A stretch of DNA of 61,253 bases, filler included, from Diploschistes diacapsis (taxonomy: Eukaryota): assembly GCA_023645945.1 (NCBI GenBank). It is 5 parts of 5 records of this genome, joined end to end, with 100 filler letters (N's around TTAATTAATTAA, not from the genome) between each part and the next. Parts side by side here need not be neighbours in the genome. Positions count along the whole stretch, not along the records: positions 36,878 to 49,022 come from JALAIB010000767.1; positions 49,123 to 61,253 come from JALAIB010000768.1; 3 more parts are not named here. One strand, written 5' to 3'. The position numbers were made by a program, and so were the translations under genes. Position 1 is the stretch's first letter; the number at the start of each line of letters is the position of its first letter. Shown one piece after another: positions 37,253 through 49,840 of the stretch. The notes under the pieces were generated by a model. That model had not been told where the DNA came from. It did no database searches and saw nothing but the letters and a program-made list of their open reading frames with translations.

Positions 37253-38844
37253 ATGCCTTGCAAGCACGAAACGCTCATTTACGAATCCAGCCCTCATGCC
37301 GCTGCCGTAGGTTTCAAAAGGCATACGCTCAGAGAGCTTCAGAAAGCAGCTGGAGAGAATCCGGCAAAGACGACCATTAGCCTTAGTATCGTACAAGAGG
37401 AAAAGACAAAATCTGTAGGAAGACGTCAGACTACCCGCCCGCACCATTATGACACTACGTTTCCAGCGCCTTTGGTTCTGCCAGAGGATGAGCTTTCGTG
37501 GGACCCGGGGTGCCCGCCACAGAGCTATCGGGAGTGGTTGACAGACGAGTCAAGAAACAAGGTTGAAGGACTCAAGGGTGGAAGAAATGTCGTATATGTT
37601 GTAGCGCCACCGAATGTCGAAGATGATCTCGAGCTTGCCATTGTGATATTACAAAGCGCCAGTTTAGTACCGCTAGGCCACATAGCCAAAAGACCAACAA
37701 TACTGGATTCTGCCAGTATTGAACTAAACTGATATATATAGCGAAACCACACCATGACCGAGTGGGCGACGCCTCAACTAACCCAATCCAAGAACAAAAA
37801 ACATGGTCAGCACTCAAAAATGTCGCATCCGAGCACCAACGAGATAATAGAGTATCTCAGTGCTTCTATACCGGAATGAAGGTGTAGCCCTTATTGGCTC
37901 AAGGCAAGTTAAGGCTTAAACTTGCGACTTGGGAAGATGATCAGATCGAAAACCTCAGATCACAGAAGCGCGTGAAAGCGAGGAGCAATAATCGATCATC
38001 AGCAAGAGCGAAACCTAAGGCTCCTGAAGCTATCGCCCTCCAAACCTCCACGGAGGCAATCCGCATCCGTGTGTGAGAGCGGCAGAACGGCATATATCAA
38101 GCTCAACTTAACTTAAATGATCTGCTCGACGTTGCCATTGAGATTTTGCCCGAGGACGCCTATGAACTTTTGATGCTTATTGAACAAGACATGTGCGAAG
38201 ATGACGATGACGACTTTGCGTGCGGTCGGGCTTACGGAGGGAGTCGAGTTGCTGTCGTCTCAATGGCGAGATACAATCCTGATGCAGATGAAGCCCAGGG
38301 AATCGACACGGAGCATGCATGGCCGGCAACTCACTGCAGGGCATTCGTAGACTCTACCTCAGATGCAACCATAGAAGGCTCCGGAGGATCTCCAAGCGAT
38401 CCGATCATGCTTTCGTCTCGTCCAATAAACGATACACGTAGCGACAACATGCGAGAGTCTTTGACCGCGCTTGAGAAGGCAGTTACTTCATACTCGCATA
38501 TACGCGAATCACTTGACAACTCGTCTCTTACCGATCCAAAAACCGTACTGTGGATGGGCCGCGTCGCTCGAACTGTGAGTCATGAGTTAGGCCACTGTTT
38601 CGGGATAGAACATTGCGTGTACTACGCTTGCGCCATGCAAGGAAGCGCTTCAATCGCAGAGGACGCGAGACAGCCCCCATATCTTTGCCCTGTGGATCTA
38701 GCTAAGGTCCTAGAAGCCACAGGGGGGGACCTGGAAGAAAGGTACCGACGCCTAGAGAATTTCTGTGCTCGACATTGTGGTGGTACTTTTTTCGAACCCT
38801 TCCAGGCATGGTTGGCCGAGAGAAGGATTCAAACTAAGAAATAG
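37253..38844 (+). pseudogene. Archaemetzincin-like (peptidase M54) zinc metalloprotease, disrupted
   Basis: TFPAPLVLPEDEL..PQSYREW, QLNLNDLLD, GRAYGGSRVAVVS, zinc motif HELGHCFGIEHCVYYACAMQG and PYLCPVDL. Interrupted by a 110-bp insertion, a frameshift near 37865, TAG at 37885 and TGA at 38074. Confidence 0.82.
37642..37751 (+). mobile_element. 110-bp TG..CA insertion (solo-LTR/TRIM-like) with 4-bp TSD CCAT
   Basis: Begins TGTG and ends CACA, flanked by CCAT at 37638-37641 and 37752-37755. Removing it restores the frame DDLELAMTEWAT. A related copy lies at 23221-23289. Confidence 0.85.
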
Positions 38845-39699
38845 TAGTAAGAAAGAAATGACCGTCGTTCATGTGAGCGGTATGCCAGTGCACGATCTTT
38901 CTCTCCCATATCGCCAACTCAGGTCAGGCCAGAATAACGGGGATAATAGATACATGCAAAAAAGACATCGAAGGAAACGGAGATCAAACTTTCGGCAAAA
39001 CAACAGTCAAGTCGCCGGGACTAGTCTAGTCCAGACAAGACAATCAGAGACATCGTGATAGTAGGCGCCAGCAAAGGGAAAGCTCGTTTTCTAATCGCTT
39101 GGGAGAAAAGCATAAGAGGTTAAGATGTCAAGCTACAATTCTGTTATCGACTTTCTTCAAGATCAAACACCAAGATTTTGAACTTACGGTCTCTCACACT
39201 TCAAAGAGCTCGAAGGTGCTTCAGGTCATTTACAAAACGATGCTGAAAGTTACGGGGAAGGCCTCATATCTTAAGTTTGCTGTGTAATTGATCTGAAACA
39301 CCCTTGAGCTTTGGTGTGGACACAATATAATAGAAGAGGCGTTCATGATTTTCTATCAATTTTCAGATTTCTTCTGCCTGACTTCAATAGGGCCATCTAT
39401 TTAACTTGACTTACTCCAATCACTATATCCTCCTCAGTTCGCGGTCAGCAGGATCTTAGAAGCCTTGAGAACCCGTTCTGCAATTCGAAAGGCACCGGCG
39501 CAGTGAGCAGTACCTTGATCCGGAGGCACAAAAGCTCCACGACAAACAAGGTTTCTTTCGCTTCTTCCCACCAGTGCGCAAAACTACTGTCGACGTCACG
39601 AGAAGTTTATACCTTGCAAGGACCAGAATATCTGGCGGAGAAGTTGCTTGAGCTGCTATGGGTAGCTGTACCATGAGAGGGCTCACGGGAAGTGATTGC

Positions 39700-40800
39700 T
39701 GGGCTAATAAATCAGCAGAGTAACTGGAAAATAAGAATCGTAGCAGCTGATGTGATCGCCTGGGGTTTTCGTCGTCCAGATTCGGCACAAGAAATGTAGT
39801 GCCATAGCTGAATGCACGGTGCGCACCGACTGCACCAACACTGCGAGCATGGACGAAAGGATGTTTGAGTCTTCGCTATTCCAGTCCATATAGAGGAAGC
39901 CAAACTGGGTGACTTTGCAATCATGCCATGAAACGGTGCTCTCGACATAGTTGTTGGCCAAGATGAGATGCAGTGGTGTTGTCAAGCCCAGGGTCGAGCT
40001 CGAGGACATCCAATGACCCGGCTGTCCACTTTGAATGAGATGGCAAAGACCATCGGGATTTTCCCCTGTCCACATGATATTGACAGACTTGGAGAGCTGG
40101 AAGTGTTTACATGGTGCCTGGAGCATGCAGCTGGTAAGGAAATCCAGCAAGTTGTTGGGAAAAGCCATTTGTTCTTGAATCGACTGCATATTTGTGTTTT
40201 GCGCTTCCTTTCGTTCATTCTGCAAGCGAACTTTTTTTTGTCCCTTATTTTGGCGATGAGTGTGCCGTATAGCTCATCTTGGGTAGCCCAGATATCCTTC
40301 CCTTTTCTCGAGCGTACATTGTGAACTCTTCGCTACCATTCATCTGCAAGTCGTTCCAAGCGTTACAGCCTGTTCCTTGAGCAGTATTCCCTGTGGCTTC
40401 TAGGTCGCTCCCCTGTTTGATGGACTTGGAGAAAACTTTCACCACTTCCTGTCAACCTCAATGGTTTCAAGGTCCATGTTAACCAACTCACGCCACCGAG
40501 GCTTTTCTTCCAGATATCACTACATGCATGGTCTCAGGTATCGTGACGGAAAAGGCTACAGCATCCCCTTTGATTTTCTCCTTCAAGAGGTCATAGTCCT
40601 TACGGAATACTCTCAAATGCTCGTTATCTCGCCAATACCTTCCGAGGTTCTCTCAAAGTAATCCATTATGAAAGTATAGGCTTCGGAACTTGCTGCAACA
40701 GCTCCAAACAAAAGCTTAAGTCCCCGATAGACAATCGAGCTATAGTCGTGGTCTGGAAGCAGCTCAAAGAAGAGGTTAGCACTTCTAGCATGCACTCCGA
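39700..40800 (-). pseudogene. Heavily degenerate remnant, possibly N-terminal domain/NACHT region of a fungal NLR-like gene
   Basis: LFFELLPDHDYSSIVYRGLKLLF resembles N-terminal helical domains of fungal STAND proteins; downstream fragments are broken by stops. No P-loop seen. Confidence 0.3.
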
Positions 40801-43800
40801 GTCAACGAATTACTTTTCGAGGGACACTGTGTTATCAAATCGCTTCCTCTTCCAAGGTTTCTTCGACGTCTGAAATTCCAATCAAAGCATCAACCCAGCT
40901 TGTCCCTGCTACTGGCTAACTTGACACTGGACCCGTGCCACCCGTCACTTTGCTAGTATCATGGATGTCGCTTCTCAGAAAACGCTTTGCATCACGTTTT
41001 CGCAAGCCCTTGATGATTTGGTGCACATAAGTTACATGATGCTGCACAGCCCCACAATGTCGCCAGAAGTATCAGCATTGAGCTCCAAGGACTGTGGGTT
41101 GCTGCAGCCTGCACTCTATCTAGAGCATCTGGCTAGGAGGCACATGTTTCTCTGAGGAAGAAACGCCGCAATCTTCCTGCAAGCATTAACTTTATTTCAA
41201 TTGCGCGATGATCCATGACAACCTGTCTATCTATCTCGCCGAGGTCAAGGCCCGGCTTAGAGGGAACTAATTGTATCAACCCTTTTCAACTACCACTATC
41301 ATTTAGACAGAAAACGGATATCCTTCTCGAGCGAGGCTACAGCTTATGAGGCAAATCAGCTCCATGCTGTCGGAAGGTACGCTACGCTACAACTACAACG
41401 CAGCAAATAGCTTAAAAGCGAGTATCTCGTCTATACGATTCGGTGGAGTACTTTCAGAGGCAGGTTACATAGACGTCGATGCTGTACACAGGAAACCAAT
41501 CGACAAATATACAAACGATACTAGATCCTACAAATCTCCTTTGGAGCCTTCCAAGAAGCTCATCATATAACGGCTCGGTTAACAAGGTCGAAATATAGTC
41601 AACTGATATCCCATATAGAGAGCGACTTGTTTGGGCACAGCCATTCTCTATTATTTTCGTCCAGTCCGAAAACTTTTAAAAGAATGGTCTTCCTGCCAGT
41701 ACAATAACATTCTAACCTAGAACATATTGCAGTTTTGAACTCTCTTGGTCTCATTTACTCACGATGAGCTGAAATTTGGGACACTGGCCTTTCCACTGAC
41801 GGTCAATACTCGCCATCACAGGCAACTCAGCTCTCTCTGACATCTCATAGGGAGACATACAACTCGGAGGAAGTGCCCTTCAGATTATGTCCCTGACAAA
41901 CTTCATAATGTCAATTTCGAATCAACCATTGGAAATGGGACCAAAGAGAAGACAGCGGACAAGGGGCAAGCAAATGCATTCGCAGAGTGGATCAGTGCTA
42001 GCATGGAAGACATCTCCGCAATGGACTTGAATCGGCCAAAACAAGTTGATGAGACCAGTAACGTCGATTTACCTTCCTCGCCTGGACCTTTCTAGTCGGG
42101 TGAGAGCAGAGAGATGCGCGACAAGCTCAAGCACCGTTTACTTGTACAATTCTAGGATACTTATCTGACCTCAAATAGTTGTCTGGAATGGAAATAAGAG
42201 CCAGAGCACTCGAGAAAAAACCACCTCCGATGGATGCCGACCCGAGAAGGAAACAGCTGTACGGCAACCTGCCATTGCAGAGTTGAATCAAGCACCTTAG
42301 GTCTGAATTCAAAAGGTTTGCGGGAAAAAAGGTACGAGGATGAAGACAGGCAAAAAGCTTCTTTTTGCAATTGGCGTATTGATTGGCCGAACCTGTTTTG
42401 TGCTCCCAACGTCAGCGAGCCAATACTGCAAATGTCGGACTTGCTCGCCCAAAAGGTTCAACTATGGGCTCTGTTGCGCTCTTTCGTACCGGGCGAACCT
42501 GTAATGTATTCCCAATGCCAGCCCGTCGGTACTGCAAATGTCGAACTCGCTGATGCAAAAGGGCTAACCATGGAATTTTCCTGAGCGCATTTGCATCAAT
42601 TCACTCCCTCTATTTAAGATTGTACGGAAGCTCACAGGGAACACTGCTGCAGCTAGCCTAGCTAGATTTCTGGTTTTATACTTTGGCCATAATTTGGCTT
42701 ATCTATCATAGAGACCTGTCGAAAAAACCACCGGAAGTCTCGGGAAGAAGTGGGGAAGATAAGGAGAAGAGGTAAATGATGGCTATGATGGACCGTGACC
42801 GCCCTGAAGATGCTGAGAAGTTAGCTAAAAAAAAAAGCATCTTCACAGTCAGGCTTCACTTTTACGAATACCAAGGAGGCAGAAAGCAAGGATTATGGAG
42901 AGTTTTCTGCTGAGGACTCTGTCGAGGCTAGGAGTGACTCGGACTGTCCACTCAATTTCCATGATATTATTTTAATCGCCTGAAACGATTGCCCTGATCT
43001 ACGGGAAAATGCAAACATCAATGTCCAGTTTCAGGGTCTTCGGCATCTATTCAAGCCCGGCAAGTTTCCCATGTCAAAGAAGGGGCTCCTGAAGCTATGG
43101 AGAGCGTTACAAGCTACGGCTGGGTGATATTGTCTCTCGAGTAAAGGTAGCTTTGCCCCTTGGATGACAGAAGCAAGGCACGCTCACGGTTGAATACTAT
43201 GAAGGCCCGTCCGTTCACACTGAATTGTTATTATATATATCTCGACGGCTAAAAAATGTAGCCCCGTCCAGCTGAGATTCGAGATTCAGCGCTTTGATGG
43301 CCAGAAAGATGTCACCTCATTTCATTGACATCCAACAGAGTATGTATCAAGAAGTGGTAAAAGAATTCGCATCGTTGAAGACACCTAGGGAAACATCCGT
43401 GAGTGCCTGCAAGGCCCGGCACATGTCTTACAAAGGCCGAACCCTCATCAAGACTTCAGCTGGAGAGCCATATCTTATCTGAAGCACTCCGAGGGCATTG
43501 AAAGCTCAGTCATGGTCGACTTTGACCGGACACTTCAATTCAATCCTGGGTGGCGCCTTGATCCTGGGCTGGAACGAGAGTTTACAGTAAGATAACTGAG
43601 AAGTTCACGAGATGGGCCTCTTGAAGAACAGCCATGAATGGTGTCGTTCAGCGTTCTGCTGTAGCAACGGCAATGTGGCGGATGACTAGAGCCAGGACCG
43701 CCTCGCGGCAGATGACTTCCTGAAGCAGCGGGAGCAGCTAAACGACGCTGACACGAAGTTGCCTTGGGAAGAATGGAAGTTGCTTCCCAATAGTACTCGG

Positions 43801-43919
43801 CTTCGTTCTTCCTAGCCGCAAATGGGCAAGCATTCGTCTGGATACATTGAGGCCAGTCAAGGAAGATCATCAACGCTTCAAGATATTTCGACTTCCATTG
43901 GGCCACAAGCAGGCGTTAA

Positions 43920-44185
43920 CAGGACTCGTAGAAACGCAGTTTCGGCGACGAAAGAATGCAACGGACAGCCCTGACGATAATAATGAAGGATCCGACGTTA
44001 TTAGAGCAAGGGTAGGGGACTCGTGATCCTCTTACACGGTGCGCCAGGAGTGGGAAAGACCTCTACCGCCGAATGCATCGCCGCATCAAACGCTAGGCTA
44101 TTGTTCCCAACCATATGCAGCAATTCAGGCATGACGCCTGACAAGGTCGAAGAGGATCTGGATATGAACTTCCAGCTAGCATCTG
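43920..44185 (+). pseudogene. Fungal AAA+ ATPase fragment
   Basis: DVIR/KGRGLVILLHGAPGVGKTSTAECIA..LLFPTICSNSGMTPDKVEEDLDMNFQLA; frameshifted just before Walker A and truncated before Walker B. Confidence 0.7.
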
Positions 44186-44209
44186 ATCTAGCTTATACCT
44201 AGATGAATG

Positions 44210-45640
44210 TTATAAAAAACCATACACTGGTACTATAGCCGGTAGCGGATCTTTATGGCAGACCATGACATGCTCGGCGAGATTAAAGTCTCTTGATGTA
44301 GTATGTTGACAGTAGTTGCATTTGAAAGCATCACGGTTGTTCTGCTCTTGACAATGTCGGCGCAAGTTTCCTATTCTTGACTTCAATTGCTTGCCCTTAA
44401 AAGTTATTCCACACGTACAAGTGTCGATTGAGCCTGGTTCTGGCTCATGCATACATCGACGTCGCCGTCCTGATCGATTATGAGGTTCGAGGCGTTGACT
44501 TCTCGAACCATTCGAAATTCCTGGTCCGGCCGTTCTAGGTCGTGCGATATGTTGGTCTCCAGAGTGTAGCTTGGAACCGGGAAAGATGCTTGCCATGTTT
44601 TGTAAAGATACTCAGAAAGCGTGAAATGGATTAACCGAACAGTCCCTTTCGAGTCCACGGAAAGAAGCCCAGCAGTTAAGGACAGTAAGAACTCCTCGTT
44701 AAGCAACTCCTCACTTTCTAGGCTAACATCGTCTTCACTAACGGCTAGGGCGTGCTGCAGTTCTCTGAAGTCCAAAGGTCGCAGGGCAAATACAACCCAT
44801 CCCAGGAGCCGCATGGCAACTTCAACATCTTGAGGACTTTGGCTTTGAATCCTGGTCATAGCCTCCGCATACAGCTCCTCGGGCGTGTTTGGGATATTGC
44901 ATAGGGCTGCTAGAATGTGCTCCGTTGTAGGGGTCACGTTCTTTAGGTAGTCGATTTGCAACCTTGCTATCAGAAATACCCCCTGTGTATTGCCGACAAC
45001 GATGTTAATAAGTTTGGACTTTAGTGTTGGATTCTTTGGCAGATCTGGGAAAGCCTGTTGGACTCTTTAATCCGCTTCTCAATGTATACTCGAATGTCGT
45101 TATCCTGTGCAGCTATATACACCTTGGCAGCAGAGTGCTGTGAAAGGAACCTGGTAGCCCGCATCTCTGCATAATCTATTATGTTCAAGCAAGCTCGACA
45201 CCGTATGGCATCACCCGAATCGCAGTCCCCGCATGTAAAACCGCACGAGTTGCAATAGATGGACCTAAATCCTACCATATCTCCCGTGGAACGGGCTGTC
45301 CATAGGAAGCTGATCCGATTGGAATCTGCCCCCAAGAGAGAGTCGATTAATGACTTGCGGGTATCTTCATTTAATTCATCCAGAGCGTCCACGACAACAT
45401 TAACTCTAGAATAAGCCTCAAGTTCTTGCCTAAACAGCTTGATAATCTTCTCTGCTGTAGGACGTATTTCGTTCTTCTTCCCTTCGGCATAGAAATCAGC
45501 TAGTGTATTTGAGACTTTGTCCTTTGTGCCGAATCAGTTGCTGCAAAAGGCTACCAAGAAGGTTCGCTAGGTTCTGGTTCAAATAGAGATAGATTACAAG
45601 TACAGAATTATATAGGATTGCTACAAATGTTCTGCAAATG
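44210..45640 (-). pseudogene. NACHT-type NLR remnant with Cys-rich insert, winged-helix region and downstream C2H2-like fingers
   Basis: Walker B VVVDALDEL, FLWTAR, DIRVYIEKRI, GVFLIARLQID, LGWVVFALRPL..ELQHALAV and VRLIHFTLSEYL. Walker A is absent; frameshifts near 45540, 45025 and ~44430. Confidence 0.75.
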
Positions 45641-45788
45641 TACGCGGTTCCCTTGGCAACTGGGAACAAACCTTCAGCTGCTAATGGATGTTCTTCGCTT
45701 AACCACAAATTATCACTTCTAGCAGCTAAAGTAGAGATATGCTTGTTTGCCCACCTTACTGCCCGAAACGGAGAATATCTGATCGATT

Positions 45789-46459
45789 ATGCCTCGCTCT
45801 GACGAAGCCGAGTGGTGGTTCAATGCAGTATACGAGGCAGTGCAGCAGATCCCCAGGTATCGATGATGCATCTCTAAAAACGCAAGCTATCTGGGGACTC
45901 ATGGTGGCGTAGGGGCAAGGTGACCAGCTATGGGCACATCGCTAGACTTCTTGGAAGACGTAAGTATGTCTCCATGAACCCTGCTTTCGCCAATAACTAA
46001 ATTCCATATTCACCAGCCGAGTGCCCGCGGTCAGTGATGCGGCTGTTACTTCACGAACGCTTTCCTCTTAACCCATTTCTAGGCAGGTGGGAATCTGCTT
46101 GAAGCACCTTCCTGCTTACTCTGCCGTCGATACGCCATTCTTCAACAACAGAAACGTGCCATGGCAACGAGTGATCAATTCCAAAGGTGGCATATCACCA
46201 CGGTTCTTGCACTTCAACGGACAATGGATTCGCACCGCTAATCTGTCCCAGTGGTCCCGGCGGAGCCCAGAGACAGGCAGTTGAGCTACGGAGAGAAGGT
46301 GTTACAGTGTCGACCGGGGCTTTAAGAGAGCTCTCGGTGGATTTACACTCGTACGGGTGGTTCCCCAGTCGCTTACCGAGCGAGGAAGACGACGATGACA
46401 GTGAAGCAGGTGCTGGTGCTGGCACTGATGCTGGCGGAGCGACCGGCGTTACTGCTTAG
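45789..46459 (+). CDS. ATL1: Alkyltransferase-like protein (MGMT/ATL family), 5 exons
   Basis: Exons 45789-45856, 45913-45959, 46017-46029, 46083-46202 and 46252-46459 give MPRSDEAEWWFNAVYEAVQQIPRGKVTSYGHIARLLGRPECPRQVG..VPWQRVINSKG, with Trp in place of the catalytic Cys. Confidence 0.85.
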
Positions 46460-46486
46460 ACGTAGTCGACTACTTATGAACTCAGT

Positions 46487-46567
46487 ATTCATAAATAATT
46501 CATAATTCATAATTCATAACTCATAATTCATAACTCATAATTCATGGTTCGTAACTCATAATTCATC
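46487..46567. repeat. 7-bp tandem repeat (YTCATAA)n, about 11 units
   Basis: ttcataa/ctcataa array visible just 3' of ATL1. Confidence 0.85.
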
Positions 46568-47314
46568 ACGTGCAAGCTTTATGCAATTTTTATGTTAGCT
46601 CTAACTTGATTTGTGCTCCGTATCTTCGTTTGTATTACAAGCAGTTATTGACAACGAGCCCGTCACTGTTCACATCGCTGTTCACATCATTCGTTGCAGG
46701 TAGGACAGTGTGTTCTTTTTGTAAGAGTATGACGAGTTGAGTCACAACGGGTAACCAGAAACAGCTGTTGCTCCCATGAGTCCCATCTGCCAGAACTGCC
46801 ACTTCCCAAGCCCCCTGTCGTCACCTGCACCGCCGCAGCAGCAGCAGGAGCAGCAGCAGCAACCGCCTGCTCATCCGAGCTATCTTATCCAAGCTCTGGG
46901 ATAGATACCATGATTGATTGTCCTGCCTCCTCCAAGGTAAGTCTTGATAAGGTCATGGCAAGCCACATCCCCCCCCTTCAGCTTGAGCTGTGGTATTACT
47001 TCCAACTCTCCTCTTACTTACTCATACGGTCTCGCCTGCTTGTGCCTTCCCCAGCTCGTGACTCAGACACTCTACCTACGCCCCTTCTTAACCTTGCGAC
47101 TCTATCACCTTCTAACTGTCTTTGCTTGTCAATTACCGAGTCATTACACTCTCCTCACGCGCCTACGACCCTTTTGGGAGACAATCCATCTCCTTCCATC
47201 TCCTTTGCCTATTGTATCCACCACTTTCATCCCTTCCGCCTACATCTTCTTTCTCCAGTTTCATCTTTCACAATCAACCTAGTTGAACTTCTCACCATAC
47301 CATACCATTCATCC

Positions 47315-47897
47315 ATGGCTTCAGTCCCTTCTATTATCACCGCCAGTTTCGACGGCACCGCTGAAAACTACAAACTCGACCAAGACCACAAGCGCGAAGT
47401 CGACAAGCGTCGCAAGTACGCTCTTGGCGTGACCGAGGCAGGCCCTTTCAGTCGTGCAAGGCCCGTTACACCGCTTTCTGCACAGTGAGTGTTGTGACAA
47501 AGGAAACCGGTTGTCCGCATCTGACTCTTTGTGTCTTGACAGAGCTCTGAAATCACTGAAGAGGCAAGCCCACCAATACTCTTTGCCACGAGGCAAGGTC
47601 GGCGCCAAATTTGTAGAAACCAGCGACAACGCTGCATCTGACTCATCTGCCACCGAAGACGTGGACGAGCCCTCTGCAGCTCCTGAGCCAGATGCCGACA
47701 TTACTTACTCTTTTGACGCCGCTCGCGGCCCCACGCCGAGTGGGGAGATCTTGAGTCTGGCCATCAACAAAGCCGTTGAGCGCTTCGAGAACAAAGAGAC
47801 CGAGAAGCTCGTCAGGAACGAGTACAATGTCGTTGCAAAGGATGAGGAGGAGGAGCAGGGTGGATACACTGCAGACGATGACTTTGAGCTGGTCTGA
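47315..47897 (+). CDS. Conserved-looking fungal hypothetical protein, 2 exons
   Basis: Intron 47485-47542 (GTGAGT..CTGAC..CAG) joins MASVPSIIT..PLSAQ to RALKSLK..ITYSFDAARGP..AVERFENKETEKLVRNEY. Confidence 0.65.
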
Positions 47898-48447
47898 GTA
47901 GGCTGGATTTCGGTGTCGTCTTGGCATTGGGCGTGGCTGCTTCTATACTTAATACTTTTTGAGTGGTTAGCGATGGAGAGGCGTTGGCTGTGCAATGGGG
48001 CGTTTCTCAGATACAACGGCATGCCCAGAGCAAGTTGAGATTCCTAGGTTTCTTCGACATTGAGCTGATCGGTGGCTTTGAGATTCTGTTGGGGGATCCG
48101 TTCACAACTGCGTTACGCAATGTACCACGTTGTTTGATTATGCAATACCACTAGTAGCTTTGTTGGCGGGTGCCCGCCTAGGCATTTGTCAACAAGCATA
48201 CATTTGATTGTTTGAGCCTCACTTGAATTCAATCCACGTTGGCACACCTGTATCTGATATAGATGAACTCAACAAGGAGACTGTTCTTGGCAGTTCGCCG
48301 CCGTTGCCATCGATTCAACTGACCCACCATCCGATCGGGTTTAGCGTTTGTTTACCTTGAACTCTGCAAACGAATTCGGCTTGCGAATTCCCATCTTCCA
48401 CCATCATAGAATCGACTTGTGGTTGTAGGTTATGACATTTTGTCAAC

Positions 48448-49022
48448 ATGGAACGACGTGGTTTTGATGCTCCTATGGACTTTGAATACGACAACAAACG
48501 AGGTCACATTCCCGCAGACTCGCCTTGGCTGAGCGGCAATAAACCTCTTCAACATTTTGGTGGTCGTGGTTTGAGTAGTATGTTTCCCTGGTTCTTGATT
48601 GTCCAATGTGTAACACTTCGTTAGAAAACAATATGTCATTCGACGCGAACTCGAGACACAGCGCCTTCGACCAAAACTTTGACAGTCCAAGCAGTGAGTG
48701 CAACGCCATCTACGAATGTTCTTGTTCAATCCGTAACCTTATCAATAGAATCGAAAATGTCCTTCAACGCCGATGCTCTCCGGAGCAATCTCCCACAAAC
48801 ACCCATCAAGAACCACGTCGCTAACTTCCGCGACAACCCATCCCTCGACTTCTCCTCCGACGCCGGGAACCACTCCTCCCCAGAAAACGGCGACACAGAA
48901 GCCACACCAGACGTCCCACCAAACGGCGTCAAGAATCTCAACGACAACGTGACCGTCTTCCGCGGCACCCACGCCTCTCCCAGCAAACCTCCCACCTCCC
49001 CCACCAAAACCCCCACAAGATC
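48448..49022 (+). CDS. Brr6/Brl1-like nuclear envelope protein, 5' part only
   Basis: MERRGFDAPMDFEYDNKRGHIPADSPW, FDSPSK and DFSSDAGNHSSPENGDTEATPD resemble N-termini of filamentous-fungal Brr6/Brl1 proteins as I recall them. The diagnostic domain is lost in the gap. Confidence 0.55.
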
Positions 49023-49122
49023 NNNNNNNNNNNNNNNNNNNNNNNNNNNNNNNNNNNNNNNNNNNNTTAATTAATTAANNNNNNNNNNNNNNNNNNNNNN
49101 NNNNNNNNNNNNNNNNNNNNNN
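49023..49122. other. Artificial contig linker
   Basis: N44-TTAATTAATTAA-N44. Confidence 0.97.
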
Positions 49123-49840
49123 CCCCCCCACAATATTCAAGGAAAGCTTTGTACATGTAGTAGTAGATAAAGTTGGAGTCGGACCAAGCACCGGAACCAG
49201 CACTTGCTAGTGACTATGGATTTCCGGGGAGGGGGACGACTGTTGTATCATCACAGCAAAAGAAGAGAACTTGCAAAGCAGATTTCTCGTGATGCATGAT
49301 GCATGATGCATGTTCAATACCTAGCATGCATACCTGGCATCTGCGTGGCGAACAGCCTCCAGGGGCAAGCACAGCGCCAGCAGCCCAGCTATTGATTGGT
49401 AGAAAAAGCGTACTGGGTAGCAAAGCAATACAAAAGATACGCAGTACAGCATACAGAGTACAAATGCTTATCTCGTGCTCCTAGCGATACCGGTGAAGTA
49501 GGTAAAAGCAAGCAACCTCTAGGTTAGGGGAAATCGATGTAGACGGCTCGAAACTTCCTCATGTAGGGGTTCGGTTCCCTTCCCATCCTCACACGCCTTT
49601 TTCCCTTCTTCCTCTATTCGTCTATCTCTTCCACCCGTTCCCATTGTTTCCTCGCATGCCTGTGTATGCCCGAACGCCACGCTAAGCTATGATAGCAGCA
49701 TTTAACAACTCTGGCCTGAACTCGTGAGGGGCAGTCAATCAGGCGGTCGGAAGCCAGCAGCCAGTAAGTAGGTAAACGCGGCCGTGTGTCGTCGTGTGAT
49801 TGGAAGAATTTTTCGTAACTTTTGATGCCCCATGTCTATT

